DNA of 64,000 bases from Eledone cirrhosa (GCA_964016885.1 OZ024742.1:34038001-34102000), one strand, 5' to 3'; positions 14,362-29,265 are shown, counted from the first letter of the stretch. The notes: a model not told the origin generated them from the sequence alone. Numbers and translations: made by a program.

Positions 14362-14367
<6 letters not shown>
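14077..14367 (-). mobile_element. Short fold-back element with tail
   Basis: Inverted arms ~14152-14201 and ~14320-14369, tail 14077-14150, flanked by (TA)n. Confidence 0.75.
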
Positions 14368-14431
<64 letters not shown>

Positions 14432-14434
<3 letters not shown>

Positions 14435-14623
14435 CAAAGGAATTGTGATAAGGAACCAGATTGACCATAACGCACCAAAGTACTCAATACTTAGTGTAGT
14501 AGAGTGGGAAATAGGAAAAAGTATGACCCCGTAGGCAGAGCTCAAGCCGTTTCGACGGCTATTTCTGGACTCAGAAATATCTGTCGAAACGGCTTGAGCT
14601 CTGCCGTCGGGGTCATACTTTTT

Positions 14624-14627
<4 letters not shown>
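14432..14627 (-). mobile_element. Family A fold-back element, copy 2
   Basis: Reverse complement of 7221-7413 type, within (TA)n. Confidence 0.9.
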
Positions 14628-14690
<63 letters not shown>

Positions 14691-14797
14691 TTTCAATATA
14701 CCATATGTTTAATTTAAAACATTTAGAAGACCATACGCTATCAGTTTTAAAGTAGTGACTATGTCACTTACTTCTTTTCGGCAAAAGAAGGGAGAGA

Positions 14798-14839
14798 AGC
14801 TGACAGTCTGTTTCACGCTGGTTGGCGTTCATCGGAGCC
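14798..14839 (-). ncRNA. Type I hammerhead motif (CCGAUGA core) in a fragment of the 54458-55040 family
   Basis: ggct CCGATGA acgccaaccagcgt GAAAC agact GTC agct on the minus strand. Confidence 0.7.
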
Positions 14840-14864
14840 ACGTACATATATATATATATATATA

Positions 14865-15223
<359 letters not shown>

Positions 15224-15368
15224 TTTGTAGCAATTACATACATATATATATTTATAGCAATTACATACATATATATATTTATAGCAATTACATACATATA
15301 TATCAGCAATTACATACATATATATATTTATATGCATATATATATATAGATACATCTGTATATATATA

Positions 15369-15935
15369 AGAAGGAGGGACATTCAATTTGTTGGTAATTC
15401 AACAAATATAAATATTTATAACTCATTCAGAGCACTCAACAGATTTTTCTGGAGTATAATATACAATGATATTAAATAAATGGAAACTATATTTATAAAA
15501 CCATATTTATTCTATTATATATATTTCAAGGGTACCAAACGTTTGGTACGCTATCATCAGATAAAATACGAAGTGTGTTTTATAAATTTTGACTTAACCA
15601 AGGAGAATATACCTTAACGGTTCAAATTATCCTTGGATAGTGAAGGGATAAGAGAAGAAAAGTCAGATATTTCAAATTATTAAGATGAGTATGCAAATGA
15701 GGTTTAGGTAAAAGAGCTGAAAAAAAACGTTATTTTAGACGCTCTGGAAAATTTAAATAATTATGATAAGTTATTGTATGCGTAGGAAAGAAGAGAAAGG
15801 AAGAAGAGCTAGCATTTACGTTAATTTGGGGGAAAAGATTTATTTACCTATATTATGAGTTATAACATTGTATATATAATCAATTAGATTATATGAAGAA
15901 TTATGGTTGTAAATATTTTAATTTTATTACATAAT
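15369..15935 (-). mobile_element. PLE-type 3' end (UTR + hammerhead + tail)
   Basis: Contains a hammerhead and the tail hairpin; a related fragment lies at ~63750-63810. Confidence 0.7.
15510..15566 (-). ncRNA. Minimal type I hammerhead ribozyme
   Basis: ttttat CTGATGA tagcgtaccaaacgtttggtaccctt GAAA tatata TA atagaa; palindromic stem III. Confidence 0.8.
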
Positions 15936-15957
15936 ATATATATATATAAATATATAT

Positions 15958-16397
15958 ATTATAATCAAATAACAGGAGGCTGGACTTGTGTAAATCCTTG
16001 AAAGGTTTATTATACTATGATCATTTCAATGACCGGGTTCCGTATGAATCCGGTGATATCATCAGGTATTCGAAATATAATAAATACATGTAACAGATAA
16101 AATCCATGGGGCTGAAAATCGTAGACCCGAGGACGACCGACCATCTAGCATCTTCCACTTTAGCCGGTCGCCCTCAATGATACAGAACCCGGTCATTGAA
16201 ATGATCATAGTATAATAAACCTTTCAAAGATTTACACAAGTCCAGCTTCCTGTTATTTTATTATAATATTTAACTCCGTACTCGCACCACCAACTACACA
16301 AACGAAGACGGTTGAACTGCTTTACGTTGAGTACTCTCCATATTATTACATCAAGATTGACCATACGGAATTGTCCAGTGGTGAACCTTCAAACCTA
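15958..16397 (+). mobile_element. Fold-back element with hammerhead and tail
   Basis: Arms ~15958-16045 and ~16180-16268, tail 16269-16397, flanked by (TA)n. Confidence 0.8.
16012..16069 (-). ncRNA. Minimal type I hammerhead ribozyme
   Basis: atac CTGATGA tatcaccggattcatacggaacccggtcatt GAAA tgatca TA gtat. Confidence 0.82.
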
Positions 16398-16410
16398 AAT
16401 AAATAAATAA

Positions 16411-16479
<69 letters not shown>

Positions 16480-17833
16480 GTTAAAACGATCAAATTTTAG
16501 TTTAGAACATTTATTTGCTGACAATTGTTTCTTCCAGAGGGAAGTCTGGGATCATAGGAGCATAAGGAATGTCGAAACATGTAACTAAAATCCTAGTCCT
16601 TTAGAACATTTAGGGTACATAATTGTCATTAGTTTCAAAGGCATCATGTGCAAAGTCAGGAGTTAAAAAGATGTTCTGCTTGAAAGAACACAATTGCAGG
16701 CAGCACTGGTTGGAAGTGTAATAGGTATAAGTAAAAAGCACAAGCAAACAAAATCACAAGCAAAAAAAAACAAAACAACACATGCAAAGAAGTTATAAGC
16801 AAGGAAAACTGGTGTACAATGCAGGAGTCAATACAGTTAATAATGCATGCATGTGGAAATAGTTATAATGAAGTTGAAACAAACATATTTTGTGTGGGGT
16901 GTTAAAGCAAGTTATAATTGTTATAAATGTTTAAAGATAGTGTGAAATTTGTTAGAGAGGCATGTGGTGATAATGTAGGTATTTGTTATGTAAGGTGCAA
17001 TGCAAAGCACGTGATAGAGTTGGGTATGTAATTTTCATTTAAGTGTTTTTGTGTTGTAGTTCGTATGTATGTGTATGTTGTTTGTTACTCACAGGTATTA
17101 ACCATGGGATTATGTTGAGTCGTTTATAGTCAATAGGTGTTTGTTTGTTAAATGTAAATCCCGCCGAATTACTGGCCATCTTGTTATTTTAGGTATATTA
17201 TCTTATGCATTTTTTATCTGCAAATTATCTTTTCTAGGGTTTGTATTAACCGTTATTAAGCTGGTGGTAAACTGTTATGTAGCTCAATTTTATATGTTTA
17301 CACAGGAAGTTGTAAAGGGGGTTAATAAAAAAAGGGAGGTAATTAAGGTTGTTAATAAATTAAGAGTTGTTTTAATATTGTGGTAGTGTTATAACTTAAT
17401 CTTTATAGAGTTTATAAAATATAAAATATTATTGTTTATATAATTGTTATCTTTTAAACTTGTGTGGAGGGGGTTAAACACATTTATTTATTTAGTTTAT
17501 TATAACCAGATAGTTTTAACATAGTAGTTAGTATATGTGTATACAATATAAGGTATATACATATGTGAGAGAATGCATATGTATATACATATATATGCAT
17601 TCTCACAGGTATTTATATACCTTCTATTCTATATACATATACTAACTATGTAAAAACTATCTAGTTATAATAAACTAAATAAAACATGTTTTTAACCCCC
17701 TCCACACAAGTTTAAAAGATAACAATTATATAAACGATAATATTTTATATTTTATAAACTCTATAAAGATTAATTTATTATAGTGCAACTCACTATCCTG
17801 TCATAAAAACTTCAACTATCTCTACATAATCTG

Positions 17834-17938
<105 letters not shown>

Positions 17939-18016
17939 ATGTATATGCATATGTGTGTGTGTATATACATATATATAATCACACACATATGTATACACAC
18001 ACACACACACACACAT

Positions 18017-18055
<39 letters not shown>

Positions 18056-18059
18056 AATG

Positions 18060-18781
18060 GAAGTATGCATGTATGTATACGTACATAGATATGTATACAG
18101 ACGTACAGTAGTATGTATATATATACATACATGTACACATATATATATATGCACGTATCGGTTTACCAAACATTTATTATAATGCTCGGTTTGTTTGTAA
18201 ACAAACAAACAGCCCGAATTACGCCGTACAGTGTTTAGGCAACCACCTCACCGTTTTGTTCAACACTGACACGGAAACGATGTACTAGTTTCAAGCTTAT
18301 TAGCTATCGTCAGCATCGTATACCTTCCTTCTATTCCATTTTTCGTTCTCGGTGCGCCCGGCCGACTAAACTCACTCGATATGCAAATTTGGCTGCTCGG
18401 CCGTTAATATGCATAAGGAAAGTATATACTTTCAGACGTTCAACCATCTGACAGGAAGGTATACGATGCTGACGATAGTTAATAAGCTTGAAACTAGTAC
18501 ATCGTTCCTGTGTCAGTGTTGAACAAAAAGGTGAGGTGGTTGCCTAAACACTGTACGGCGTAATTCGGGCTGTTTGTTTGTTTACAAACAAACCGAGCAT
18601 TATAATAAATGTTCGGTAAACTGATACGTGCATATATATATATATGTGTGCATGTATGTATATATATACATACTACTGTACGTCTGGATACATATATGTA
18701 TGTACAGATACATACATACATACTTACATTTAAGTAACTGCCGTACTAAGAGTGAGAAATAAAATTTCGTTTTATTCTATT

Positions 18782-18785
<4 letters not shown>
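18060..18785 (+). mobile_element. Fold-back element nested in (TA)n
   Basis: Arms ~18060-18330 and ~18453-18730, each carrying a hammerhead; short tail. Confidence 0.8.
18464..18504 (+). ncRNA. Minimal type I hammerhead ribozyme (mirror copy 18278-18318, minus)
   Basis: cgatg CTGACGA tagttaataagctt GAAAC tag TA catcg. Confidence 0.85.
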
Positions 18786-18819
<34 letters not shown>

Positions 18820-18822
<3 letters not shown>

Positions 18823-19009
18823 AACCAGTAAGACCCCGACAGCTGAGCTCAAGCCGTTTCGACGGCTAATTCTGTCCAGAATTAGCCGTCGAAACGGCTT
18901 GAGCTCAGCTGTCGGGGTCTTACTGGTTCCTATTACCCACTCTACTACCTCAAGTATTGAGTACTTTGGTGCGTTATGGTCCACCTGGTTCCTTACCACA
19001 TTTCCTTCG

Positions 19010-19011
<2 letters not shown>
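18820..19011 (+). mobile_element. Family A fold-back element, copy 3
   Basis: Same structure as 7221-7413. Confidence 0.9.
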
Positions 19012-19048
<37 letters not shown>

Positions 19049-19401
19049 CATACAAATTGTGTAGAGATAGTTGAAGTTTTTATGACAGGATAGTGAGTTG
19101 CATAATATATACTGGAGTAATTGGTGTTATATACACAGTTGTCTGCTATTTAGTTGGTGCCGTATATTGAGAGTTTATTAGAGTGTCTATATTATTTAAA
19201 TATTTTAATTGTATAAGGTAAGAGATCAAATAGGGGTTTATTGACTGTATGTAGGTCAGTGTGGTATTTTAATTAAGGTGTAGTCCTATATTCAAGAAGG
19301 TCTTGTTGAATAAATGAAGGTCTAGTTGGATAAATTAAAAGATGGTGGTCTAGTGTTATCTCCGACATTGGTCTTTATTTTTATTTTTATTATTATTATT
19401 A

Positions 19402-20725
19402 TTAGTTACTCGGTTTAAAGTAGTGGAACGAGAATCTATGGTAATGCGGACACGTATAGAAGATCTCTGATTTCCTATTTAGTAGGCTAAGGTTAGAGTG
19501 AATAAAGTTTTTAGACTCAAGGATGCAAGGGTTACAAAATTTGTTAGGTGGTCTATATGAAGGAGCTTTAGCTATCACTTCCCATTTTAAGGTGTATGGT
19601 ATGTTACTTGATTTTAATGAGTGTATGTATGTGGATAGTGAAGTTACGTTGCTAAGTTTAGGGTTTCTGAACGAATGAAGGTGTGAATTATATCTGGTCT
19701 TAAAGTTATTCGATGTTGAGCCTATATATACTTTCGAGATGTGGTTATCGGTTACAGTACCGGAGTAGACATTGTCTTTAATTAGGCAGTTCTTATTTAA
19801 TGGGCATCTCTTGTTAGGCCTACAATTACAAATGTTTTGGTAACTAATATACTGGTTAAGTGGGTATACATTTGAGTGGTTTTTTTCTGTTTCTACTTCT
19901 AGTATTATGATTATAGTGAGTATTATTATTATTGGTATTATTAGTGTGACTTGCTGTATGGTCTTGTACTGTGTTATTGTTCAGGTTATTTCTATGCTGG
20001 ACATTATTACTTTGGTGTAATTTGAAGTACTTTTTAATCTTTCTCTTGTTGGTGCTGGCTATATGGTCTGCTATGTTAGGTGTGGTGGAGTAGGATATTT
20101 TAATTGTCTTTTTGTTAAATAGGTTGTGGTATTTATGGTTAGTTGGGAAGTTTTTATTTAGAGTAGAGAAGAAAGCTTTAGGTATGTTTGTTGATACATT
20201 TAAGTTGAACGGAGGGTTAAAAAATGCGCTACTTCTTCTATTCTTCTTATGGTTGTTATTCATACTACTGTTTAGTGTGGTGTTAGGTTCCTTCTTATCT
20301 GTATTTTTCTTTCTGTGGTGTTATTTAACTTTTTTTTATAGTGCCCTTTGTATAGGAGTCAGGATTTTCAATACTATGATCATATTTACTTTTATTCATG
20401 GCCATGTTGTGTGAAATTATATCAGGTTGTCTATGGCTGGTTGACAATTTAGGTTTAAATTTAATTTTATATTTATGGCCGGAACGGGCTAAGGCTTCAT
20501 TATATTATTGGGAGTTACGATTAAATGTATTCTCGTTGTAAGAAAGGCTAGAGATTCTATTAGATGCCCCTTTAATGATTGAGGTCAGTACAGATTTAGG
20601 GTGGTTAGAGTTGGTATTAACATAGAAAAGTTTTTCATTAGGTTTATGATACGATGTGTATTTTTTAGAGTCTACGTAGAGAGTGACGTCCAGAAAGTTA
20701 ATATTTTTTTGTGTTTTTATCTAAA
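19402..20725 (-). pseudogene. Penelope-like RT thumb + GIY-YIG endonuclease, 5'-truncated and frameshifted
   Basis: NFLDVTL, SNHP, FFNPPFNLNVSTN, IKISYSTTPN, CNCR..CPL..C, YIGSTS, LLNRKSE..C.H; colinear with 27907-29265. Confidence 0.9.
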
Positions 20726-20989
20726 GTGTTCCTAAGTTATAGTTTTAAATATTACACCTTAATTAAAAGACCACACTGACCTACATACAGTCAATAAACC
20801 CCTATTTGATCTCTTACCTTATACAATTAAAATATTTAAATAATATAGACACTAATAAACTCTCAATATACGACACCAACTAAATAGCAGACAACTGTGT
20901 ATATAACACCAATTACTCCAGTATATATTATGCAATTTACTATCCTGTCATAAAAAACTTCAACTATCTCTACACAATCTGTATGTATG

Positions 20990-21940
<951 letters not shown>

Positions 21941-22039
21941 TATATATATATATTTATATATATACATATATAAACGAAAAGTATAGAAATTGTTGTAGCG
22001 AGAAGCTAACAGTATTCCATAACATATATATATATATAT

Positions 22040-22169
<130 letters not shown>

Positions 22170-23217
22170 TTATATGCATATGTGGTGTGTATATAAATAT
22201 GTATATATATATATGCATTCTCACACATATGTATATATCTTATATTATATATACATATACCATGTCAAAACTATCTAGTTATAATAAACTAAATAAATAA
22301 ATGTGTTTAACCCCCTCCACACAAGTTTAAAAGATAACAATTATATAAACAATAATATTTTATATTTTATAAACTCTATAAAGATTAAGTTATAACACTA
22401 CCACAATATTAAAACAACTCTTAATTTATTAACAACCTTAATTACCTCCCTTTTTTTATTAACCCCCTTTACAACTTCCTGTGTAAACATATAAAATTGA
22501 GCTACATAACAGTTTACCACCAGCTTAATAACGGTTAATACAAACCCTAGAAAAGATAATTTGCAGATAAAAAATGCATAAATAATATACCTAAAATAAC
22601 AACATGGCCAGTAATTCGGCGGGATTTACATTTAACAAACAAACACCTATTGACTATAAACGACTCAACATAATCCCATGGTTAATAGCTGTGAGTAACA
22701 AACAACATACACACATACATACGAACTACAACACAAAAACACTTAAATGAAAATTACATATCCAACTCTATCACGTGCTTTGCATTGCACCTTACATAAC
22801 AAATACCTACATTATCACCACATGCCTCTCTAACAAATTTCACACTATCTTAAACATTTATAACAATTATAACTTGCTTTAACACCCCACACAAAATATG
22901 TTTGTTTCAACTTCAATATAACTATTTCCACATGCATGCATTATTGACTGTATTGACTCCTACATTGTACACCAGTTTTCCTTGCTTATAACTTCTTTGC
23001 CTGTGTTTTTTTTTTTTTGCTTGTGATTTTGTTTGCTTGTGCTTTTTACTTATACCTATTACACTTCCAACCAGTGATGCCTGCAATTGTGTTCTTTCAA
23101 GCAGAACATCTTTTTAACTCCTGACTTTGCACATGATGCCTTTGAAACTAATGACAATTATGTACCCTAAATGTTCTAAAGGACTAGGATTTTAGTTACA
23201 TGTTTCGGCATTCCTTA

Positions 23218-23264
23218 TGCTCCTATGATCCCAGACTTCCCTCTGGAAGAAACAATTGTCAGCA
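23218..23264 (+). ncRNA. Hammerhead-like motif with deviant core CCUAUGA (mirror copy 16516-16562, minus)
   Basis: tgct CCTATGA tcccagacttccctctggaa GAAAC aatt GTC agca. Confidence 0.6.
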
Positions 23265-23434
23265 AATAAATGTTCTAAACTAAAATTTGAACGTTTTAAC
23301 ACTCTGTATCTCGGCTCTGTAAAACACTTGAAAATTTGCCTTGAGCCTTTGTCATACCGGTAACCGGCTAGTACTTAGTACTACTCTACATATTTATAGT
23401 TGTATCAAACATATATAAATATAAATGTTCTCAT

Positions 23435-23500
<66 letters not shown>

Positions 23501-23772
23501 TCTTTGTTTTTCCTATTCGCTATTTCCAGTCATTAGCATGTGACCATACAAGGACACCGCCCTGATGTAGTCGATAAAACAACCCAATTACGTATATTTT
23601 CCATGTCTAGCACTTATCTTATTGGCTCCTTTTTTATGGAATTGCTTAATTACGGTACATAATACAAACACAAGTATAATCACGGACACACACACACACA
23701 TATATGTATATATAATATATATATATATACAAACACACACACACATATTCACACATATATATATATATATAT

Positions 23773-23843
<71 letters not shown>

Positions 23844-23886
23844 GAGAGATAGAGATAGATAGAGATAGATAGATAGAGAGAATGAG

Positions 23887-23951
<65 letters not shown>

Positions 23952-24001
23952 AAAAAGAAAATCAGATGGATAGATAATGCAGGGGTCAATCAGCTACTTA
24001 C

Positions 24002-24412
24002 CAAAACATGTCCGGGCGTCGTATCATAAGCCAAAAGCGTTATGTTGAATGTATCAGCTGTAAGCGCTGCTGTCATCATCGTTGGGGTCAGACCGAAAGC
24101 TACCATCACGTGGTATGTGTATTTGCTGCATACTCCATCCATTTCTCGTAGTCCAGTGGCGAAATCCTTTTTGGCCTTAATTACCGACCAGTTGAAATAG
24201 AATGAATCAGAGGGATCCAAGGAGTCGCTGCTGGGCAAAGTGTTGGTGAAAGCGTCGACGCAATCTATATATATGTCCGGGTCGCAGAGGCCAAGGATGT
24301 GAATCTGATCATGGTCCAATGCAGCGTTCGTAGCGAACCCTGGTGTGGTCCACGTACAAAGCAGCCAACCTAGTAGTAATATGGCATTATTGTTATTTTT
24401 ATTAGCTAACAT
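24002..24412 (-). CDS. First coding exon of a host secreted or membrane receptor-like gene (signal peptide + probable periplasmic-binding-protein type 1 N-terminal domain, as in iGluR ATD, receptor guanylyl cyclase or class C GPCR)
   Basis: 137 codons of non-repetitive sequence with hydrophobic signal AILLLGWLLCTWTTPGFA. Acceptor ttcttctcattgcag precedes 24459, and a phase-0 donor gtaagt follows 24002. VMVAFG...ADTFNITLLAY resembles the VxAIxG...IPxISY pattern. Family assignment is inference. Confidence 0.7.
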
Positions 24413-24730
24413 CCTCGACCTGTGTGGACATTATGTTTTTTACGCCGTGAATGCAGCATCTGCAATGAGAAGAACAGACGAAAAACAAACTGAAGGCTTT
24501 TAGCAAATAAACTAGTAATAATTTTGTTTATGACAACATCGTTAATACATTAGAAATAAGAATATTGATAGCATTTAATAACACCGATGAGAACAAAAGA
24601 GGAAACAAAAGTAAAATAGAAAAAGTAGCAGGGGAAGAGGTGAAGAAGGAGAAAATCTTTATTTGTCATGAAGGCACGTAAAATGTAATGGCGAAAAAAG
24701 TGATTACATAAGTATACATATATATATATA

Positions 24731-24772
<42 letters not shown>

Positions 24773-24784
24773 TATATATATATA

Positions 24785-24990
<206 letters not shown>

Positions 24991-25414
24991 GTGTGGGTGG
25001 GTATGTGGGTAATCACACACACAGACGCTCGCGTTCACACATACACACACGTACGTACATATATATATATATGGATGACTGACAACATCTCTCATATATA
25101 TAATATAGGTTCGTTTCTTAGCCGGAGCTGTTTCATCAATTCCAGTAATACTTTTGGGAAGAAATTGAACTTTTCGTAACCTATGTATTCATAAACATAA
25201 CACACACAGATGCCTATATTTATATTTGTGTGTATGTGTTATGTATGTATGGTGCCGTAACTCCTGATAGATTTGTAGAGCTGCCGCATTGATATTCAGA
25301 GTTTCTTGGGCACTTTAAACCTGCTGGATCTCATCCCTTTCCAGGCCTGAGTACAGCAGATTTCTTCCAGAGATAGATAGAAAGAAGAAACGAGAAAGAG
25401 ATAGAGGAAGAATC

Positions 25415-25570
25415 CACCCCAGTACTTGACTGATACTTTTATTTGTCGACTTCGGAAGGATTAACAGCAAAGTTGACCTCGGCCAGATTTAAACTCATAG
25501 AGCAGAAAGCAGGAAGGAATACCATACAGCATTCTATCCGACGTTCTAACGACTCTGCCAATTCGACGCC
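25415..25570 (-). mobile_element. SINE, same family as 4997
   Basis: Reverse-complement core ending ctgccaattcgacgcc. Confidence 0.7.
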
Positions 25571-25918
25571 TTATGTATGCGTTATGAGGGAGCATATATT
25601 TTTAAAATGGACATACTTTGCTTGGCAGTTTCTCTATATATGTAAAACTACTCACTCTAGAATACAGATTAGCCAAGATATCGACACCGATTAAATCTCA
25701 TCATCAAATACATATCACGTACATGACTAACTCCTTTCGAAAATATTTGAAACCCGCAATAACTATACTTCTTCGCTAAACACATAAGTTCTAATGTAAT
25801 ATGAACTTAATACATAGCTTACAGGCAGGATCTGTGGTAAGCTGTTACTGTTGTTGTTTAACCTCGTCATCATTTATAGAACAATCACAGGTCATTGAAA
25901 CCATGGTTATATCTTGAT

Positions 25919-25966
<48 letters not shown>

Positions 25967-27906
25967 GGTAATTCATTATTTTACGATCGTTTCTGGGGGC
26001 TAGTTCTCCGTATGTTCATTCTATTATAGAATAGAAACGATTGTCAACAATAAAATGATTTTAACATAGCTTTGATTATTGTGTAATTTATATATATATA
26101 TATATAAGTATTAAGGGTACTATTTATGGTTATGTATGCAATAAAACCTTTGATGGTAATATATTATATATACACAAACCCTAAATAGTGAGAGATAGTC
26201 TTTAATTACTATCCTATTACCAGTAAGATAAATAGCTCAATGTAATAACATCAGTTGTTATACAGAGCAGTTATATAGAGATTACAGTAATCAAAGTTCA
26301 GTTTAAGTCATTTATTTGCTTACAATTGTTTCCTCCAAACCGAGGTTTGGATTCTTCGGAGCAGCTATTTATAACATACTTGACCTCCTTTTCAACCCAA
26401 GAGACACATAAAACATATGCGCATATTGATCAACAGTGGGGTGACATTCATCAAAGGAAATAGCATGGCAATTTACATATAAAGTGTTACATGATAAAAA
26501 TAAAATAAAATAAAAGCAAGAGTGAAAATAAGAGTGAAAATAAAGATAAACATGAAGCGTTGGCAGTCTATGAAGATAAAGCAAGAGGAAAGCTTAGAGT
26601 AGTCAGTGCATGAAGCAATCTCCCGTGTAGCATGCACGCTTGTCTTATCTATACATGATTAGAGTGCGTCAGAATGATATTTGCAGGGTCAGGCAGTTGA
26701 AGCAGGCAATCGATCTTATTATATAGGCTGAATTATTAAGTCATTTATTCTCATACATCTGTATGATATACAGTCTCGGATGCGGGGAAACACCAAAATA
26801 TCAAAAACCTTCAACATACTATAAACCTTATTGTATCGTAGGCAAGGTCGTACCACTGTCCTTGCTCACACCACCACTCACATAATCCATGAGACGCAAT
26901 ATATATATAGAGAACACGCGTCTATCGTATAATTCGCAGTGGTTCAGCATATAGTCAAGCTATAAACCGTATCCAGTCGGTTCTTAATTAATATATCATG
27001 CTGTCCAGATTCCGGAAGTGCCTGAATGATTAAGGGGAATTAATGCGTAAGGGGAGGTAACTAGCTAGTTATTTTAGTTACATTACTATGCTAAACTACA
27101 TTAATGGTGATTCAAATACGTGCCTATCATGTGAAGTTATAACTAATATCTAGAGTATGGTACCCATTTATAAGTTAGAGAGTTGTTCATTAAGAAGTAC
27201 AAGGGTGTATATACTAGGATGATTGCCAACCATTAATTAAGGGGTGTCATATCTGAACGTTCTATAAGAGGAGTCAGACTCTCAAGTCACTGCTCCATGC
27301 AAATGTAATATAACAGTAGGACCTGGTATGGTCCCACTATTATATATGCCACCCGGTAGGCTCCGGGTCATTGCTTGCCTGCATCTCCAGTAAATCTTCG
27401 GTATGGTCCGGAGATCCGATCTCTCATATAAATGCACTAGTCTGGCCATCAGGTAATAGACAACCCCCGTTTCAAATATAAATCAATTATGTATCACATC
27501 TCCAAGCTAGAGTGGAGTCTATTAATAGGCATTAAAGGAGTCCACATCAAGATGATTACGTGCATAATTCAATGAACTGATCGCTTACAGTATATACTCA
27601 CTTAACAATACGATTATCTATCTAATCATCAATCTATCTCTTGGTGGTAATCCATGCACAGGACTATGCTATCACAACCAGTACCGTGTCCCCAGTTTAT
27701 ACTAATCTTATGTTTGTGCAATGCAGAATAAGTAGTCCACGGTCGGGATATCAGTATCAGAGGTACAAGGGGTTATTCCCAGGGTAGGTGGCACTCAAAT
27801 GCTGTCAGTATTATCTTTAGAGTATAGAGATGGGTGTGGATGTGAGGTGTAAGGTGTGCTACTGATGTTAATTGCTAGGGGTGGTGCCGGTTCCAGTCTG
27901 ACATTA

Positions 27907-29265
27907 TTATATATAGGGTTTAAAGTTTTGGAACAAGTGTTGGAAGCGGTGTTGGCATTTTGCGAACACTTCTGATTTTTTATTAAGGAGATTATGTTTA
28001 GAGAAGATGATAGTATGGGTCTCTACTAGACACAGGTTACAAAATTTATCAGGTGGTTTGTACGATGTTGCACTACCTACCACTTCCCATTTAAGTGTAT
28101 ATATTTTATTTTTAGTTTTTAGATAGTGTATGTAGCTAGATAGTGAAGTGGAGTTGGCTAGACTGTGTTTTTTGAAAGAGTGGAGGTGCGAATTGTATCT
28201 AGTTTTGAAGCAGTTAGAAGTGGAGCCTATGTAGGTTTCAGAAGAGCTGTTAGTTGTGACTGTACATGAGTATATGATATCCTTGGTTAAGCATTTTTTA
28301 TCTAAAGGGCAGGTTCTACTTGATCTACAGTTACAATTACTCTGGGTGCTAGTCTGCCGGTTACTATGCTGTGTAGAAGTTTGGAGGTTAGCTATAGGGT
28401 TATGGTTATGCGGGTTGTGGTACGCAGCGTTAATGTTTACACTAGTGCTATTACTACTATTTCCATTGATATTACGGTTATTTGTTATAATGTTACTTTG
28501 ACTGTCATTTTGAATGTTATTTTGAAGGTTTATCGACCGTTGTGATTTAGTTTGTTGGAAGTAAGAATTAATTTTTCTTTTATTTGTACTAGTTATGTGG
28601 TATGCTAAGTTAGGCGTAGTAGAGTATGAGATCTTAATAGTGTTTTTGTTTAAAAGGCCGTGGTACCTGTGGCCGGATGGGAAGTGTTTATCTAGTAGTG
28701 AGAAGAAAGCCCTAGGAAGGTTGGTAGAGACGTTTAAATTGAAAGGAGGGTTGAAAAATGTATTATTTCTTCTTCTATTTCTGTTTTTTATGTCTGGTGA
28801 TTTGTTTCCTTTAATGTTCCTATGGTCATTTCTGTGGTGCGGGTTACTCTTGTTGTTACAATCCCTATTAGTGTGTGTGCAGTTGCTATTCTTATTATTA
28901 AATTTTCCCATGGACATGTTGTGTGAAATGATGTTGTAGCTATGTGTTTTTGTAGGTAGGAACTCTATCCCTGTATTATGGCCTGATCTAGCTAATGCCT
29001 GATTATAATACTGCGAGTTATTGTTAAATGTGTTTATGTCATAGGATAGATTAGAGATTCTATTAGATACTCCCTTAGAGATAGAGTTCAATATAGATTT
29101 AGGGTGGTTAGACTTGGTATCTACGTAGATGAGTTTTTCATTAGGTTTGTGGAAAGGTGCATATATCATTGAGTCTAAGTAGAGTGTGGCGTCTAGGAAG
29201 TTGACGTTTTTGGTGTTTTTGGCGTTTTTGGTGTTTTTGGTGTTTTTGTCCATGTTTTTGTCCAC
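27907..29265 (-). CDS. PLE polyprotein C-terminal part: RT thumb, Asn-rich linkers, CxC-x5-C-x5-C motif, GIY-YIG endonuclease (resembles the Hydra clade); catalytic RT core missing
   Basis: Uninterrupted 452-aa frame: NFLDATL, KSNHP, FNPPF, CNCRSSRTCPLDKKC, IIY...YIGST, FKTRYNSH, CNLCLVE, LLNKKSE...CQH. The annotated start is at the truncation junction. Confidence 0.92.
   Translation of the reverse strand: MDKNMDKNTKNTKNAKNTKNVNFLDATLYLDSMIYAPFHKPNEKLIYVDTKSNHPKSILNSISKGVSNRISNLSYDINTFNNNSQYYNQALARSGHNTGIEFLPTKTHSYNIISHNMSMGKFNNKNSNCTHTNRDCNNKSNPHHRNDHRNIKGNKSPDIKNRNRRRNNTFFNPPFNLNVSTNLPRAFFSLLDKHFPSGHRYHGLLNKNTIKISYSTTPNLAYHITSTNKRKINSYFQQTKSQRSINLQNNIQNDSQSNIITNNRNINGNSSNSTSVNINAAYHNPHNHNPIANLQTSTQHSNRQTSTQSNCNCRSSRTCPLDKKCLTKDIIYSCTVTTNSSSETYIGSTSNCFKTRYNSHLHSFKKHSLANSTSLSSYIHYLKTKNKIYTLKWEVVGSATSYKPPDKFCNLCLVETHTIIFSKHNLLNKKSEVFAKCQHRFQHLFQNFKPYI

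Noticed and set aside
27907-29265. Selenoprotein-type (Naiad) PLE or domesticated nuclease gene
   Set aside because: The endonuclease is C-terminal, there is no in-frame TGA, and the start is created by the truncation junction.
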